A DNA stretch of 64,000 bases from Vicinamibacteria bacterium (GCA_963555995.3 OY821641.1:2496001-2560000); one strand, 5' to 3'. Numbered from the stretch's first letter, positions 55,401-64,000 are shown. Made by a program: numbers and translations. The notes: a model not told the origin generated them from the sequence alone.

Positions 55401-56178
55401 GAGGCGTGAGATTCTGCCATCCGACGAGGTACAGCTTCCACGCATGGCTTCCAAGATTGTCTCGGACCCAACCATGCCACTGTAGGAAATTCGGGTCATC
55501 GCCCGAGAAGCCGATGAGGCAAAGAACGGACTCCAGCATGGCCTGCTGGACCATGTTGACGAAGGCCGCGAAGTCCGCAGGATAGCGGCGATAGTGCTCT
55601 TCGGTGCAGATGAGTGGAAATTGTGATGGGACCGAGCCGTGCAGCTTGACGATGCGGGGTGCTTTGCTCAGAGGAATGTCTTCGACGCGGTTCACTACAC
55701 GGTAGTGCCGACCCGAAAGTCTGTTGTTTGTCCTCTCCAGAAGCGTGTCCCAGTTCGTAGTAAAGACATCGCGCCAAGGCAATTCCAAGAGGTTGTAATG
55801 CAGGGGACCAGGGAGGAAGTCGTCGTCACGGACTGCACTTCGGAGAAACCGATACAGCTCCGCGCGGCCGAACGCCGCCTCATACTCTTGGGCGGTACGG
55901 GGTATGGACAGTGAACGCCCTGGCTTCCCCCGAACGGCGCCGTGGCCGAACTCGCGTGAGAGTCTCCGCTGCATCGCGTGGCCAATATCTGTCCAGAGTG
56001 GAGGGTCGCCGGTGGCGGGTGGCCGGCGTTCGGCATTCCTGCTGAACCCGGCGCCAACGAGAACGACCGCGCCATTGGTTGTGTCATCCCAAAGTGCCTC
56101 CCGGATGTGGTTCATGTGGACCTGACCATCGAAGGTTTCGTGGTCGGAGGAATCGGACGGAGGCGAATGTGACGTCAT
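52438..56178 (-). CDS. Large SIR2-family NADase, Dsr1-like anti-phage sirtuin
   Basis: VGAGFS, FTTNWD, IVKLHGS, IGFSGDDPNF..W.GWVRD; ~1246 aa with helical C-terminus; visibly AT-richer than the flanks. Confidence 0.82.
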   Translation of the reverse strand: MTSHSPPSDSSDHETFDGQVHMNHIREALWDDTTNGAVVLVGAGFSRNAERRPPATGDPPLWTDIGHAMQRRLSREFGHGAVRGKPGRSLSIPRTAQEYEAAFGRAELYRFLRSAVRDDDFLPGPLHYNLLELPWRDVFTTNWDTLLERTNNRLSGRHYRVVNRVEDIPLSKAPRIVKLHGSVPSQFPLICTEEHYRRYPADFAAFVNMVQQAMLESVLCLIGFSGDDPNFLQWHGWVRDNLGSHAWKLYLVGWQNLTPHRRQMLEDRNVIPIDLARHPKASQWPEHLRGRYATEWVVRTLEHGRPYDLTEWPEPPPEPSKIPTLLLPVSTIVSRSPVADPWHSFPKAASEASRRDIENTLETWCRNRSIYPGWLVLPSSQRHSLTSATDHWEESILRTTETDSFAKRLSAVYEIVWRRSILMDPPSKELQHACERLVDEEVPTSLFATGIHDSDGRLPTLWNQWCSLVFFLLRAARLRFDQTGFDRLLALLDPFRSEDPHVGHTRQFERALWTAYSLDHKAMASLLDEWSTEDADPVWSMRKASLLLELHHENAAESLLRRTLEILRTGANSSRRFANSSREGWLLWSLLGNAYRHNGHEAPGIWRRWRELGRIHCDAGLEKSFFMNALRPEKQSLEATPFDLDRTVLSGESWSTAKYERWRAAHRAVRLCEVAGLAPTAWDFRVGSDLMNAALEVMESDEPELAARLCLRITTYDRDKSFDRVFGRVRVAAMSKRVVGDLKAMCERSLAFYDRSVGSAEDRGVVASERVRVAMECLSRLAVRLEPEAAHSVLMDGLQRYSRPEYAKHPFHDAPMSNLLSRSWEALAANEQKGVVLKLLNAPILGLDGFVGTFRYPDPCDGVWADWKPPERTTGIQEEWGAAAELIVRGLRADEIARRRAIHRAYLLNAWRRFTPEEEEKVANALWRPKGRMVKGLPEAKGIPMWTFVYLPEPDPGLALRRFWKVWKRLSATSDTPALDAFQEVNGVLSNFQNADRSVSMPEAARREFVAKVETWAKSTDEIVTVFRDNFGESLRINQVRALCGIFLHVSVPERTADLLFEKVKAMNESTVSGLPLVIGILSGRPDYGNDMNTMIHTSLASDSRECAEGAVWGIYHWARGAATAPDRVPAVPEELVQEIGHIVAIRRRHVLRPALDIACWFVKEGPEVLRDRVALLAIQGLGFLLEELRYDRIGGDESDVPVLRRNCARLALALANRGWDSEEVVRAWVAECEADPLPEVRFAEA

Positions 56179-56375
56179 GAGTTCGGGCGCGGGGTGTTGG
56201 AGCGGGCATGGGCCAGAAGTCCAAGCTGCTCTCACGGAGAACCCTCGTCAGACTATCCGAACGGGGCGGTGGAAGGCGCGGTGAAGCCGTGTCCCGAGTC
56301 GAGCCTCGGTAGAGGCGGCGAGATGTCCGGCGCGTCGTCTCGGCGATCACTTCACGGCAGACTGGATGATTCAGG

Positions 56376-59297
56376 TTAGAGGAGCCCGGGTTGACTGCTT
56401 GAGACGATCGCGGTGGGGGCGAGGTCCGTCAGGCGGGGCCAGAGCTGAACCAGTTCGTTCCAGACGAGGGCTTCCTCGGCGAGTTTCTTCCGGTCGCAGA
56501 TGCCGTAGAGGCGGTAGGCGAGGGCGTGGGCAGCGGCGGCGCGGTCGCCGAGGCGGGCGACCAGGGCGGCGGCGGACATCTCGCCACCATCCTCGTGGCG
56601 ACGGGCGACGTGCTGGGCGCACTCCCAGACGGTGACGCGATCGTCGGTCTCTGGGGACCAGTCGGGGGCGAGTTCGTCGCGGCGGAGGAGACGCACTTTG
56701 CCCGCCGTCGCTTCCAGGATGCCGGCGTGGACCACGCCCTCGACGGCCACGCCGCGGGCGGTGGCGAGGGTCTCCGCGTCGCCGTAGGGGCTGGGTTCCA
56801 TGCCCTTGGTCTCGAACCAAGTGATGGCGAATCGGGTCCACGGGTCGTAGTCGGCGTCCTGGGCGGAGAGGATCTGGTCGAGTTCGGCGTTGATGAGGGC
56901 GAGCGCCATGCGGACCGTCATCGGGGAGTCGTCGGCTTCGAGGACGCGGGAGTAGCGGGTGAAGATCGCCATACCAGGACCGATGGCGGCCTGCGCGAGG
57001 TCCACCGGGGCGATGTTTTCGGCCTGGAGGCGAGCGATGGCTCCGGGGAGTTCGGTGTGGAGGGCGCTGAGGAAGCCGCGGCGGGTGGTCGAAGGAGCGT
57101 TTTCGCGTCGCTTTCGACAGGCGAGCACGATGCTGGAAGCAAGCGCGTTCGCACCTGCTCCTATCATCCGGTTCGCCAGTTCGGTTCGCATCGGCCAGGT
57201 GCCGGTGACGCTGAATCCCGACTTCGACACGGCGTCGAGGAAGGTTTCCCAACCTGTGCTTGAGACACCGGCGCCGTCCTTCCTCTCGGATTGCTTGAAG
57301 GCGTAGTAGATAGTCGTTGGGAACACCGGATGTGACTGTTCCGAGAGTCGGGAAATAGCGCGGGACATCCCCGTGAGAAAGAAGAGTTCTGCTTCCCTGC
57401 GCCCTCCATGGCGATACGGTGCCGCAACCAGCTCCTGAGCCTTCGGAACGGCAACGGTTGCGAAGAGATCCGGAAAGACTGACTTCAAGGAACGCCGGAG
57501 CCACACGTAGAAGAAGTCCGAGAGGTCCGCATAGGCGACGTTGTCGTAGTAGGGCGGGTCGGTGGAGACCAGCCTCCGGTCGGCACCTGCAAGAGACATC
57601 GCGTCGGCCAGCGAAGTTCGTCCGCGCTCGGTGCCCGTAAGGGATTGGACGGCAGGCTGTCCCCACGCCAAGGCACTCGCGTACCCGCCACCCGAGGCGC
57701 TGAACGGATTGGCTTCTCCATAGTCCCAAGCCATCGCAATCGCCTGCCGAGAGAAGAGCCCTCGCAGACTGGCGGTTCGCGCGGACCCACCCGTCGAAGA
57801 ACGTACGCCGGCCGGGCCGGTGTCCCAAGTGCACAGTGCGTTGTTGCGATCCGCGAAACGGCTCACGGAAAGGCCGAGATAGCCGGCTACAGCCTCCCCG
57901 TAGGTCCGGGCAGTACCGCCACCGATATGGATGGATGCTTCGTCGTCCGGCAAATCCGCGGTCACTGCGTCGCGTCGGACGCGTTCCAGCGCTTCACCGA
58001 CCAAGTCGGAGAACGTCGTCAGTGCGACGAGTTGTCGGGGCGTGAAGAGATCGCCCCACTGCGTTAAGCCATAGGGAACGCAGGTTCCTCCCGTGAGACG
58101 GGCAGGCACATTGCCTTGCGGCCGCCATGCATGTTCGGCGCTGCCCGCCGCGTCCTCCATCTCCGCGGTCGGGGACAAGTAGATCCGCTCGCGATCTCCC
58201 TCCGCCACCACCGCCATCAGCCGCGCCCCCATGCGGCCCGCCGTACCCGTAGCCTTGACGTGATCGCCGGCCATCGGCGAGCCCGAGACCAAGCACTGGA
58301 AATTCGCTCCCCGCCCCAGCTTCGTCCCCGCTTTCGCCGCCGCCTGATCCGGCGGTTCACCCACTCTCACCTCGAACCGATAGCGATCCCCTTCCACCAC
58401 CGGCTCCACATACGCCTCCTTTCCCTTCTTCGTCGAGAGCATGAAGGTCGAGACCAGCGGAACGTCCACATGCGAAAACGCCGGATTCGGGCTCGGCACC
58501 GTCCGCGCCCAGAGCCATGCGATAACGGTGAGTTCCCGCCCCTCGTAGCGCTCCAGGTCCGGGCGCTCCGCCACCATCTCCGGGGTGATCCGAGCCTTCG
58601 GGTAGAGATAGCCGATCCGTCGCTCCGCCTCGTCGCGCATCCACTTCCCGTAGTAGCGAACGTCCTCCGCGAGCCCCGCCGCCCCCCGCCACTCCCGTCC
58701 CGCCACCGACTTCCGCGCCCGCGCCTCCGGGTTCACCGGCGGCCTCCCCGCGAACCGGGGCGGAATCTCGATCATCGCCTTGTTGATGAGCACCGCCACG
58801 GGGTTCAGGTCGCTCGCGTGCGCCTCCAGTCCGAGCCGCTGCGCCTCCAGCGGGATCGCCCCGCCCCCGGCGAACGGGTCGTGGAACGCCGGCAGCTTCT
58901 TCGGGTCGAAGAGCTCCGCCGCCCGCGGGTGGTCCGTGTTGTCCGCGCACGTCCGGCGCCAAGACTCCCGGATCTCCGCCCGCGCCGCCTCGAGCACCTC
59001 CTCGTTCGTGGTGTTCTCCCAGAGGACCAGCCTCCGCAGAATCCCGAACAGCCGCTCGCGCTCCCGGTCCTGCTCCTCCTCGGTCGGGAAGAGTTCCGGC
59101 CGCCCCGACGGATCGTCCACCAGTTGCGCGAACAGCACCGCCCGCGCCGCCGCCAGCGGACGCCGCGCCCACCAGAGATGCAGCGTGCTTGGGTGCCCGT
59201 GCCGGATGGACTTCTCCCGCGCCGCCGCCCGGTTGATGTCGTCGAGCGGCAACGCCACCTCGATGAGCTTGGGGACGGTCCGGACAGGGGCGGTCAT
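56376..59297 (-). CDS. DUF1156 amino-DNA methyltransferase
   Basis: LIEVALPL..IN, HLWWARRPL, DPFAGGG, STDPPYYD, SDFFYVW; GGGAGG RBS. Confidence 0.9.
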   Translation of the reverse strand: MTAPVRTVPKLIEVALPLDDINRAAAREKSIRHGHPSTLHLWWARRPLAAARAVLFAQLVDDPSGRPELFPTEEEQDRERERLFGILRRLVLWENTTNEEVLEAARAEIRESWRRTCADNTDHPRAAELFDPKKLPAFHDPFAGGGAIPLEAQRLGLEAHASDLNPVAVLINKAMIEIPPRFAGRPPVNPEARARKSVAGREWRGAAGLAEDVRYYGKWMRDEAERRIGYLYPKARITPEMVAERPDLERYEGRELTVIAWLWARTVPSPNPAFSHVDVPLVSTFMLSTKKGKEAYVEPVVEGDRYRFEVRVGEPPDQAAAKAGTKLGRGANFQCLVSGSPMAGDHVKATGTAGRMGARLMAVVAEGDRERIYLSPTAEMEDAAGSAEHAWRPQGNVPARLTGGTCVPYGLTQWGDLFTPRQLVALTTFSDLVGEALERVRRDAVTADLPDDEASIHIGGGTARTYGEAVAGYLGLSVSRFADRNNALCTWDTGPAGVRSSTGGSARTASLRGLFSRQAIAMAWDYGEANPFSASGGGYASALAWGQPAVQSLTGTERGRTSLADAMSLAGADRRLVSTDPPYYDNVAYADLSDFFYVWLRRSLKSVFPDLFATVAVPKAQELVAAPYRHGGRREAELFFLTGMSRAISRLSEQSHPVFPTTIYYAFKQSERKDGAGVSSTGWETFLDAVSKSGFSVTGTWPMRTELANRMIGAGANALASSIVLACRKRRENAPSTTRRGFLSALHTELPGAIARLQAENIAPVDLAQAAIGPGMAIFTRYSRVLEADDSPMTVRMALALINAELDQILSAQDADYDPWTRFAITWFETKGMEPSPYGDAETLATARGVAVEGVVHAGILEATAGKVRLLRRDELAPDWSPETDDRVTVWECAQHVARRHEDGGEMSAAALVARLGDRAAAAHALAYRLYGICDRKKLAEEALVWNELVQLWPRLTDLAPTAIVSSSQPGLL

Positions 59298-59391
59298 GGC
59301 CTCCCTATTGTCCCCGGTCGGCCGACTGGAGCCGACGAGTCCAGATCGCTCGGCAGCGGGACAGGGGACAGTCGGTGCATCCTGATGTGCT

Positions 59392-59451
59392 ACAATTGAT
59401 ACTTAGTTGCATTCAATTGTGACTGATCAGATTAGTTTTGATATTCGAATA
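59392..59451. promoter_or_regulatory. AT-rich divergent control region with palindromes (candidate DinJ operator)
   Basis: ACAATTGA...TCAATTGT at 59392-59420; TATTCGAATA at 59442-59451. Confidence 0.5.
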
Positions 59452-59467
59452 GAGGATAACTACGCAA

Positions 59468-59764
59468 ATGGCCAAGACCGAACAAATCCATATCCGGGTC
59501 GAACGGGAACTGAAGTCCGAGGCGGAAGCCGTGCTCGCAACCTTGGGCCTGAGACCTACGGAGTTCGTTCGAATGGCGCTCAGGCAGGTTGTGCTTCAGC
59601 GCGGGCTGCCGTTCGCCGTTCGGATCCCCAATGCCGAGACCATGGCGGCCCTCAACGAGCCCATCGCCAACCTGCAGCAGTTCGCCACGGCGGACGAGCT
59701 CATCGCCGACCTGCAGGCCCAGATCGGTGACAAGGGCGCTACCGAACAAGGAGACATCGAATGA
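59468..59764 (+). CDS. dinJ: RelB/DinJ-family antitoxin
   Basis: IHIRVE.ELK.EAE.VL..LGL....LPF...PN.ET.AA. Confidence 0.85.
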   Translation: MAKTEQIHIRVERELKSEAEAVLATLGLRPTEFVRMALRQVVLQRGLPFAVRIPNAETMAALNEPIANLQQFATADELIADLQAQIGDKGATEQGDIE

Positions 59765-60057
59765 AGGCAGGAACTGGACCGAGGAGACCGCCGAAGACGA
59801 TCTCTTACGCCACACAGTTCAAACGCGATCTCCGTCGTGCGCGCAAGCGAGGCTGGGACCTGGAGAAGCTCTGGCCGATCGTCAGGATCCTGTCGAACGC
59901 CGAACGATTACCCGTGAACGCGCGGGCACACAAGTTGAGCGGCAAGGAACGTGACTTATGGGACTTACATGTCGGTCCAGATTGGATTCTGATCTATGAA
60001 ATCTGTGGAGACCGTCTCATCCTGAGGCGGACGGGAACGCACTCGGAGCTCTTCTGA
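59761..60057 (+). CDS. yafQ: YafQ/RelE-family mRNA interferase
   Basis: QFKRD, HKLSG, DLHV.PDWILIY, RTGTHSELF; ATGA overlap. Confidence 0.88.
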   Translation: MKAGTGPRRPPKTISYATQFKRDLRRARKRGWDLEKLWPIVRILSNAERLPVNARAHKLSGKERDLWDLHVGPDWILIYEICGDRLILRRTGTHSELF

Positions 60058-60136
60058 AAGCGGGGCGATCCGCGCCGAGGCTGGGGCCGCTCACTCTTGG
60101 TGGCCCGGCAAGCGTCCACTGGCTGCTCGGACAGCA

Positions 60137-60209
60137 CCACCGCCCGGTTGATGTCGTTGAGCGGCAGCGCCACCTCGGTCAGCCTGGGGCGGAAGTCCGA
60201 ATTCGGCAT
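60137..60209 (-). pseudogene. Relic copy of the DUF1156 methylase 5' end
   Basis: PRLTEVALPLNDINRA vs PKLIEVALPLDDINRA; 60137-60189 is 47/53 identical to 59222-59274. Confidence 0.78.
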
Positions 60210-60376
60210 TCGCCACGGGTAGTGGCTCGCCCTCGCGTTCGGGGCTCACCGTCACGCTGCCCTGTTACGCTTCCGCTGCGAGGCCGAACGGAGATCCCGC
60301 CGGGATCACATGCTGCCGACCCGATGGGCGAGAGCGGCAGATGCCTCACCTCACGTGGACCGAGCCGAGGATTCCA

Positions 60377-61717
60377 ATGCGCCAACCCGACGAGTTCCTG
60401 ATTCAGGATGTCCGGTGCTTCCAGGGCGAGCAGCGTGTCCGCCTGCGCCCGATCACCCTTCTCGTCGGTGAAAACAGCACCGGCAAGACGACGCTGCTCG
60501 GCTGCTACAGCGCGCTGGATCGGCTGCTTGCGACCCGCCTGGCGGAGCCGTTCGAGTTCAGTTACGAACCCTTCTCCATGGGGTCGTTCCGCGACATCGT
60601 TCGATCGAGACGAGGGCGCGAAGGACGGATCACCGAGTTCCGTCTGGGCATCGGAACGCAGCACACAGGCAACGGGCTTCCCCCGCATGATGTGGTGGCG
60701 ACCTTCGAGGAACGGGGATCACAGCCGGTAGTCAAGTCTTGGCGTTATCAGTTCCAGCAACACGGATTCCTGGAATTCCGCCGGACCGCGACTGACGGAA
60801 CGACGGTCGCGATCGAGGGTGCGGAGATGGACTTCGAATCTCCTTTGGACCACGTCGCGTATCGCCTTGACTTTGCATCTGCAGACCGACCACTAGCGGA
60901 CCGCCAGCCTGCACTCCATCGGATACTCGAATACCTCAACGAACTCCGTGAGAGTCCGCGCGAGCTTTCCCTACCGCTGCACACTTTTCTGTTTCCTCCG
61001 GTAACTCCCCTGATTCCCGTGGCTCCGCTTCGAGCCAAGCCGCACCGAACATACGACCCGATCCGAGAGTCCCTCAGCCCGGAAGGCACGCACGTCCCGA
61101 TGCTGATGATGCGGCTCCATCACTCGGAAAGTCAGCGGTGGGGGGCGTTGCGAAACGACCTCGTAGCCTTCGGAAAGAACTCGGGCCTGTTCTCGGACAT
61201 CAAGGTGAAACGTCACGGTCGGCAGATCAGTGATCCGTTCCAGATCCAGGTGAAGGTCCATTCAGGATCCCACGCCAACATCATGGACGTCGGGTACGGA
61301 GTAAGCCAGAGCCTGCCCATTCTGGTCGAGCTGTTGAGGCCGGAGGTCACCGAGTCCAAGGCGTTCCGCGGAAAAAACGCCTCGTTCCGATTCCTGCTCC
61401 AACAGCCGGAAGTACATCTGCATCCACGCGGCCAGGCTGAGCTGGCGAGTTTCCTGGTCAACTCCGTCAAGAAGCGTGGGCACCAGTTTCTCGTTGAAAC
61501 GCACAGCGACCACATCATCGACCGGATTCGCATATCGGTCATGAAGAAGATGCTCAAGCCGGAGGACGTATCCATTCTGTACTTCGAGCCGCACCGTAAC
61601 TTCGTCACGCTCCACAACATTGGGCTCGACGAACAGGGCAACATCCTCAACGCGCCTCCCGGATACCGGGATTTCTTCATGCGCGAGACGGAGGCCCTGC
61701 TTGGGCTGGACGGGTGA
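60377..61717 (+). CDS. ABC-type (AAA_21 / DUF3696-like) ATPase
   Basis: GENSTGKT, DVGYGVSQSLP signature, LLQQPEVHLHP, VETHS. Confidence 0.85.
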   Translation: MRQPDEFLIQDVRCFQGEQRVRLRPITLLVGENSTGKTTLLGCYSALDRLLATRLAEPFEFSYEPFSMGSFRDIVRSRRGREGRITEFRLGIGTQHTGNGLPPHDVVATFEERGSQPVVKSWRYQFQQHGFLEFRRTATDGTTVAIEGAEMDFESPLDHVAYRLDFASADRPLADRQPALHRILEYLNELRESPRELSLPLHTFLFPPVTPLIPVAPLRAKPHRTYDPIRESLSPEGTHVPMLMMRLHHSESQRWGALRNDLVAFGKNSGLFSDIKVKRHGRQISDPFQIQVKVHSGSHANIMDVGYGVSQSLPILVELLRPEVTESKAFRGKNASFRFLLQQPEVHLHPRGQAELASFLVNSVKKRGHQFLVETHSDHIIDRIRISVMKKMLKPEDVSILYFEPHRNFVTLHNIGLDEQGNILNAPPGYRDFFMRETEALLGLDG

Positions 61718-61727
61718 CGGTGGTTCG

Positions 61728-62168
61728 ATGTGTCTGATCGTTGATGCCGACCGGATGGGCATCTTCCTCGAGACGCCGGAACACGCGGACGCCAAACCGG
61801 TCCATCAATGGCTGCGGCGGGGCGTCGGACGGCTGGTGTACTCGACGGGAGGAAAGTTCGATTCCGAGCTCTACCGACGGGCGCGGGAGCTACTCGGAGC
61901 CTACCGTCGCGCGGGCAGCGCGACGTTGGTTCCCGAAGACACGTTTCGGGATGATGCGCTCCGGCTAAAGGAGGAAGCTCGGCTCCGCTCCAACGACGCG
62001 CACGTTCTGGCGCTGGCGCGAGCCAGCCGCGCGCGACTTCTCTACACGGGCGACAAGAGTCTTCAGGACGACTTCAGGGACCCCCAGATCATCAGCAACC
62101 CCCGGGGCAAGATCTATTCCGGGGCAAAGAACCGCCGCCTGCTGAACGCCAACGCCTGTCCGTCGTAG
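61728..62168 (+). CDS. PIN-domain protein
   Basis: LIVDAD, E, SNDAHVLALA, YTGDKSL acidic pattern; 10 nt after the ATPase. Confidence 0.7.
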   Translation: MCLIVDADRMGIFLETPEHADAKPVHQWLRRGVGRLVYSTGGKFDSELYRRARELLGAYRRAGSATLVPEDTFRDDALRLKEEARLRSNDAHVLALARASRARLLYTGDKSLQDDFRDPQIISNPRGKIYSGAKNRRLLNANACPS

Positions 62169-62258
62169 CGTCATCCGCGCCGGTTGCGCGCTCCCGCGCG
62201 ATGCCGACCGGAGGTCGGCGGTCCCTGGCCGGCGCGCTGTCAGATCAAACTGGCGGGC

Positions 62259-63998
62259 TCAGGCCGGTGGCCGGGCGCGGGTGAGGAGTTTCTTCAGGTT
62301 GTGGGTGACAGTGTCGGTGGTGTCGTCCACGCCGGTGCGGAACGGGTCGGTCACGTAGGCGGTGCGCTGCGCATAGCCCTGCTCGACGAGCACGATGGCG
62401 AGGATGTAGTCGTGGGCCTGGTCGCGTGAGTTCAGCGCGACCAGCGTCTCGTTGCGGGTGACGGTCACGGTCTCCGCGTCGGCGCGGCGGCCCTTGACCT
62501 CGATGAACCGCAGCCGCCCGGTCGCCGGGTCGCGGCTCTCGATGTCGTAGCCGCACTTCTCCGCGCTCACGTCGCGGGGCGTCCGTCCGAGCCGGCGTTC
62601 GGCCGCCATCACCGTCTCCATCGCGATCTGCTCGACCTCGGCGCGGCCCTCGGGGCTCGCGACCGCCGTCGCCGGCGGCGCGGCGAGCTGGCGCAGCAGT
62701 TCGCCCGGCACGACGAGCGACGCGCCGACCACGCGCGGCGGGGCGGCGGCGAGGTCGCCTTCCCGGTCCAGTTCCGCCAACCGCCGCGCCAGGCGGGCGT
62801 CGAGTTCCTCCGCCCGCCGCCTCGCCTGCTCCGCCGCGATACGGCCCGGCTTCCCGGCGCGTTCGCGCGCCCGCAGTTCGTTGGCGCGGTTGTCCCAGTG
62901 GGTCCGTTCCCGGGAGAGGCGCTCGAAGACCTGCTGGCGGGTCTTCTCGATCTCCGCCTCCCGGCGCTGCCGGACTTCGGCCAGGTGCCCGGGAACGAGG
63001 CCGCCGACCGCGTGATCCATGACGGCTTCGTAGCCGCGCAGCCAGTCCGGGTTCAGGCGCTCGCCGAGGAGGGACCGCTCCTCGGCGCGGATCGGGCGGC
63101 AGTCGAGGTGCGGGGCCGGGCCGGCGTTCCGCACCGCGCCGCCGCTTTCGACCTCCACGAAATCGAGGCGTTCCGAGATCGTCCGCCGCGCTCCGGAGCG
63201 GGTCGTCCGTCCATCCGTGACGGCGCTCCGCAACGCGAAGACGGCGCGGACGTCCCGGCGGTCGTCCGCCTCGTCCACCAGCACCGCGCCCTCCGCGAGG
63301 GCGGCCCGCCAGTGGTCGAGGACCGCGGCAAGGGTGCGGTCGAGGAGCGGATGGCCGGGGCAGACGAAGGCGGCCGGCGGCGGGCCGGTGGCGCGCTCCC
63401 GTTCGAAGACGATCCGTTCGTAGCGCGCCGGCACCGCGGGGCCGGGACGTGCGCTGCCGGCACGGCCGGCGAGCGATCCGCGTATCTCCGCCGGAACGCG
63501 CGTGATCTCGAACCGTCCCGGCTCGCGCCGGTGGATGCCGCCGCCGAGCGCCCGGAAGGCGTCGAGGAAGAACCGGCGGATGAAGTGCGGTTGCAGCCGC
63601 CGCGCGCTGGCCCGCGCCATCTGGTCGCGGATCTCGGCGATGGTCGCCGGCGTCAGGTGCTCGCGAACCAGCGCGCGGTCGGCGAGCAGGTTCCCGACCC
63701 GCTCGATCGCGGCGGCCTGGTCCACCTTCTCGAAGAGGCGGTTCCGGGCCTCCGGACTCTCGCCGTAGCGGATGGCGTCGAGGAGCAGGTCGCGCATCGC
63801 CCGGCCGTCGAACAGGCGGCCGAGCACGTCGTACACGCGGCCACCGAGCGCCTGCCGCGCGACGTCCAGCTTCTCCAGCAGCCGGGCATAGACCGCGCCT
63901 TCGCGGGTCTCCTTGGCCACCAGGTTCCAGAGGTGGCAGACCTCGGTCTGGCCGATCCGGTGAATGCGCCCGAAGCGCTGCTCCAGCCGGTTCGGGTT
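62259..63998 (-). CDS. SNF2-family helicase with C-terminal DUF3883/NOV nuclease domain (5'-partial)
   Basis: NPNRLEQRFGRIHRIGQ (motif VI); C-terminal GYDIES...FIEVKG...TRNE. Confidence 0.88.
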   Translation of the reverse strand, partial: NPNRLEQRFGRIHRIGQTEVCHLWNLVAKETREGAVYARLLEKLDVARQALGGRVYDVLGRLFDGRAMRDLLLDAIRYGESPEARNRLFEKVDQAAAIERVGNLLADRALVREHLTPATIAEIRDQMARASARRLQPHFIRRFFLDAFRALGGGIHRREPGRFEITRVPAEIRGSLAGRAGSARPGPAVPARYERIVFERERATGPPPAAFVCPGHPLLDRTLAAVLDHWRAALAEGAVLVDEADDRRDVRAVFALRSAVTDGRTTRSGARRTISERLDFVEVESGGAVRNAGPAPHLDCRPIRAEERSLLGERLNPDWLRGYEAVMDHAVGGLVPGHLAEVRQRREAEIEKTRQQVFERLSRERTHWDNRANELRARERAGKPGRIAAEQARRRAEELDARLARRLAELDREGDLAAAPPRVVGASLVVPGELLRQLAAPPATAVASPEGRAEVEQIAMETVMAAERRLGRTPRDVSAEKCGYDIESRDPATGRLRFIEVKGRRADAETVTVTRNETLVALNSRDQAHDYILAIVLVEQGYAQRTAYVTDPFRTGVDDTTDTVTHNLKKLLTRARPPA

Positions 63999-64000
63999 CC

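Noticed and set aside
48355-64000. Canonical BREX, DISARM or Type I/III RM call
   Set aside because: No PglZ/BrxA/BrxL, DrmA/DrmB or HsdS/Res signatures are visible, although the locus continues beyond the window edge

Overview
High-GC diderm bacterial DNA (Pal, outer-membrane barrels, RND efflux). An Acidobacteriota-like origin is inference only. 0-17.6 kb is mostly housekeeping: pdxT, an intact IS21 element inserted in a REP array, pal, pyrK-pyrD-pyrF behind a GspE/PilB ATPase, HU, a beta-propeller amidohydrolase, a serine hydrolase, a DAACS symporter and a CitE-like lyase. 17.8-32.5 kb is a tandem array of six DUF5916-type (CBM9-like plus barrel) paralogs with localised hypervariable patches. 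32.7-40.5 kb is an accessory region downstream of tRNA-Val(TAC) with two Uma2 nucleases, Xre-RES, several decayed TA modules and a lipoprotein gene split by an ISL3 element that has ~100-bp terminal inverted repeats. 40.7-48.2 kb is an MFP plus two RND permeases. 48.4-64 kb is a defence locus: a SNF2/DUF3883 helicase - DUF1156 methylase - HEPN/DUF499 ATPase core whose two intergenic slots hold cargo (ABC-ATPase + PIN pair, DinJ-YafQ, a Dsr1-like sirtuin and an orphan gene), with a relic copy of the methylase 5' end at one cargo boundary. Two structured repeat families are scattered through the window. All calls come from reading motifs by eye; no database searches were run.
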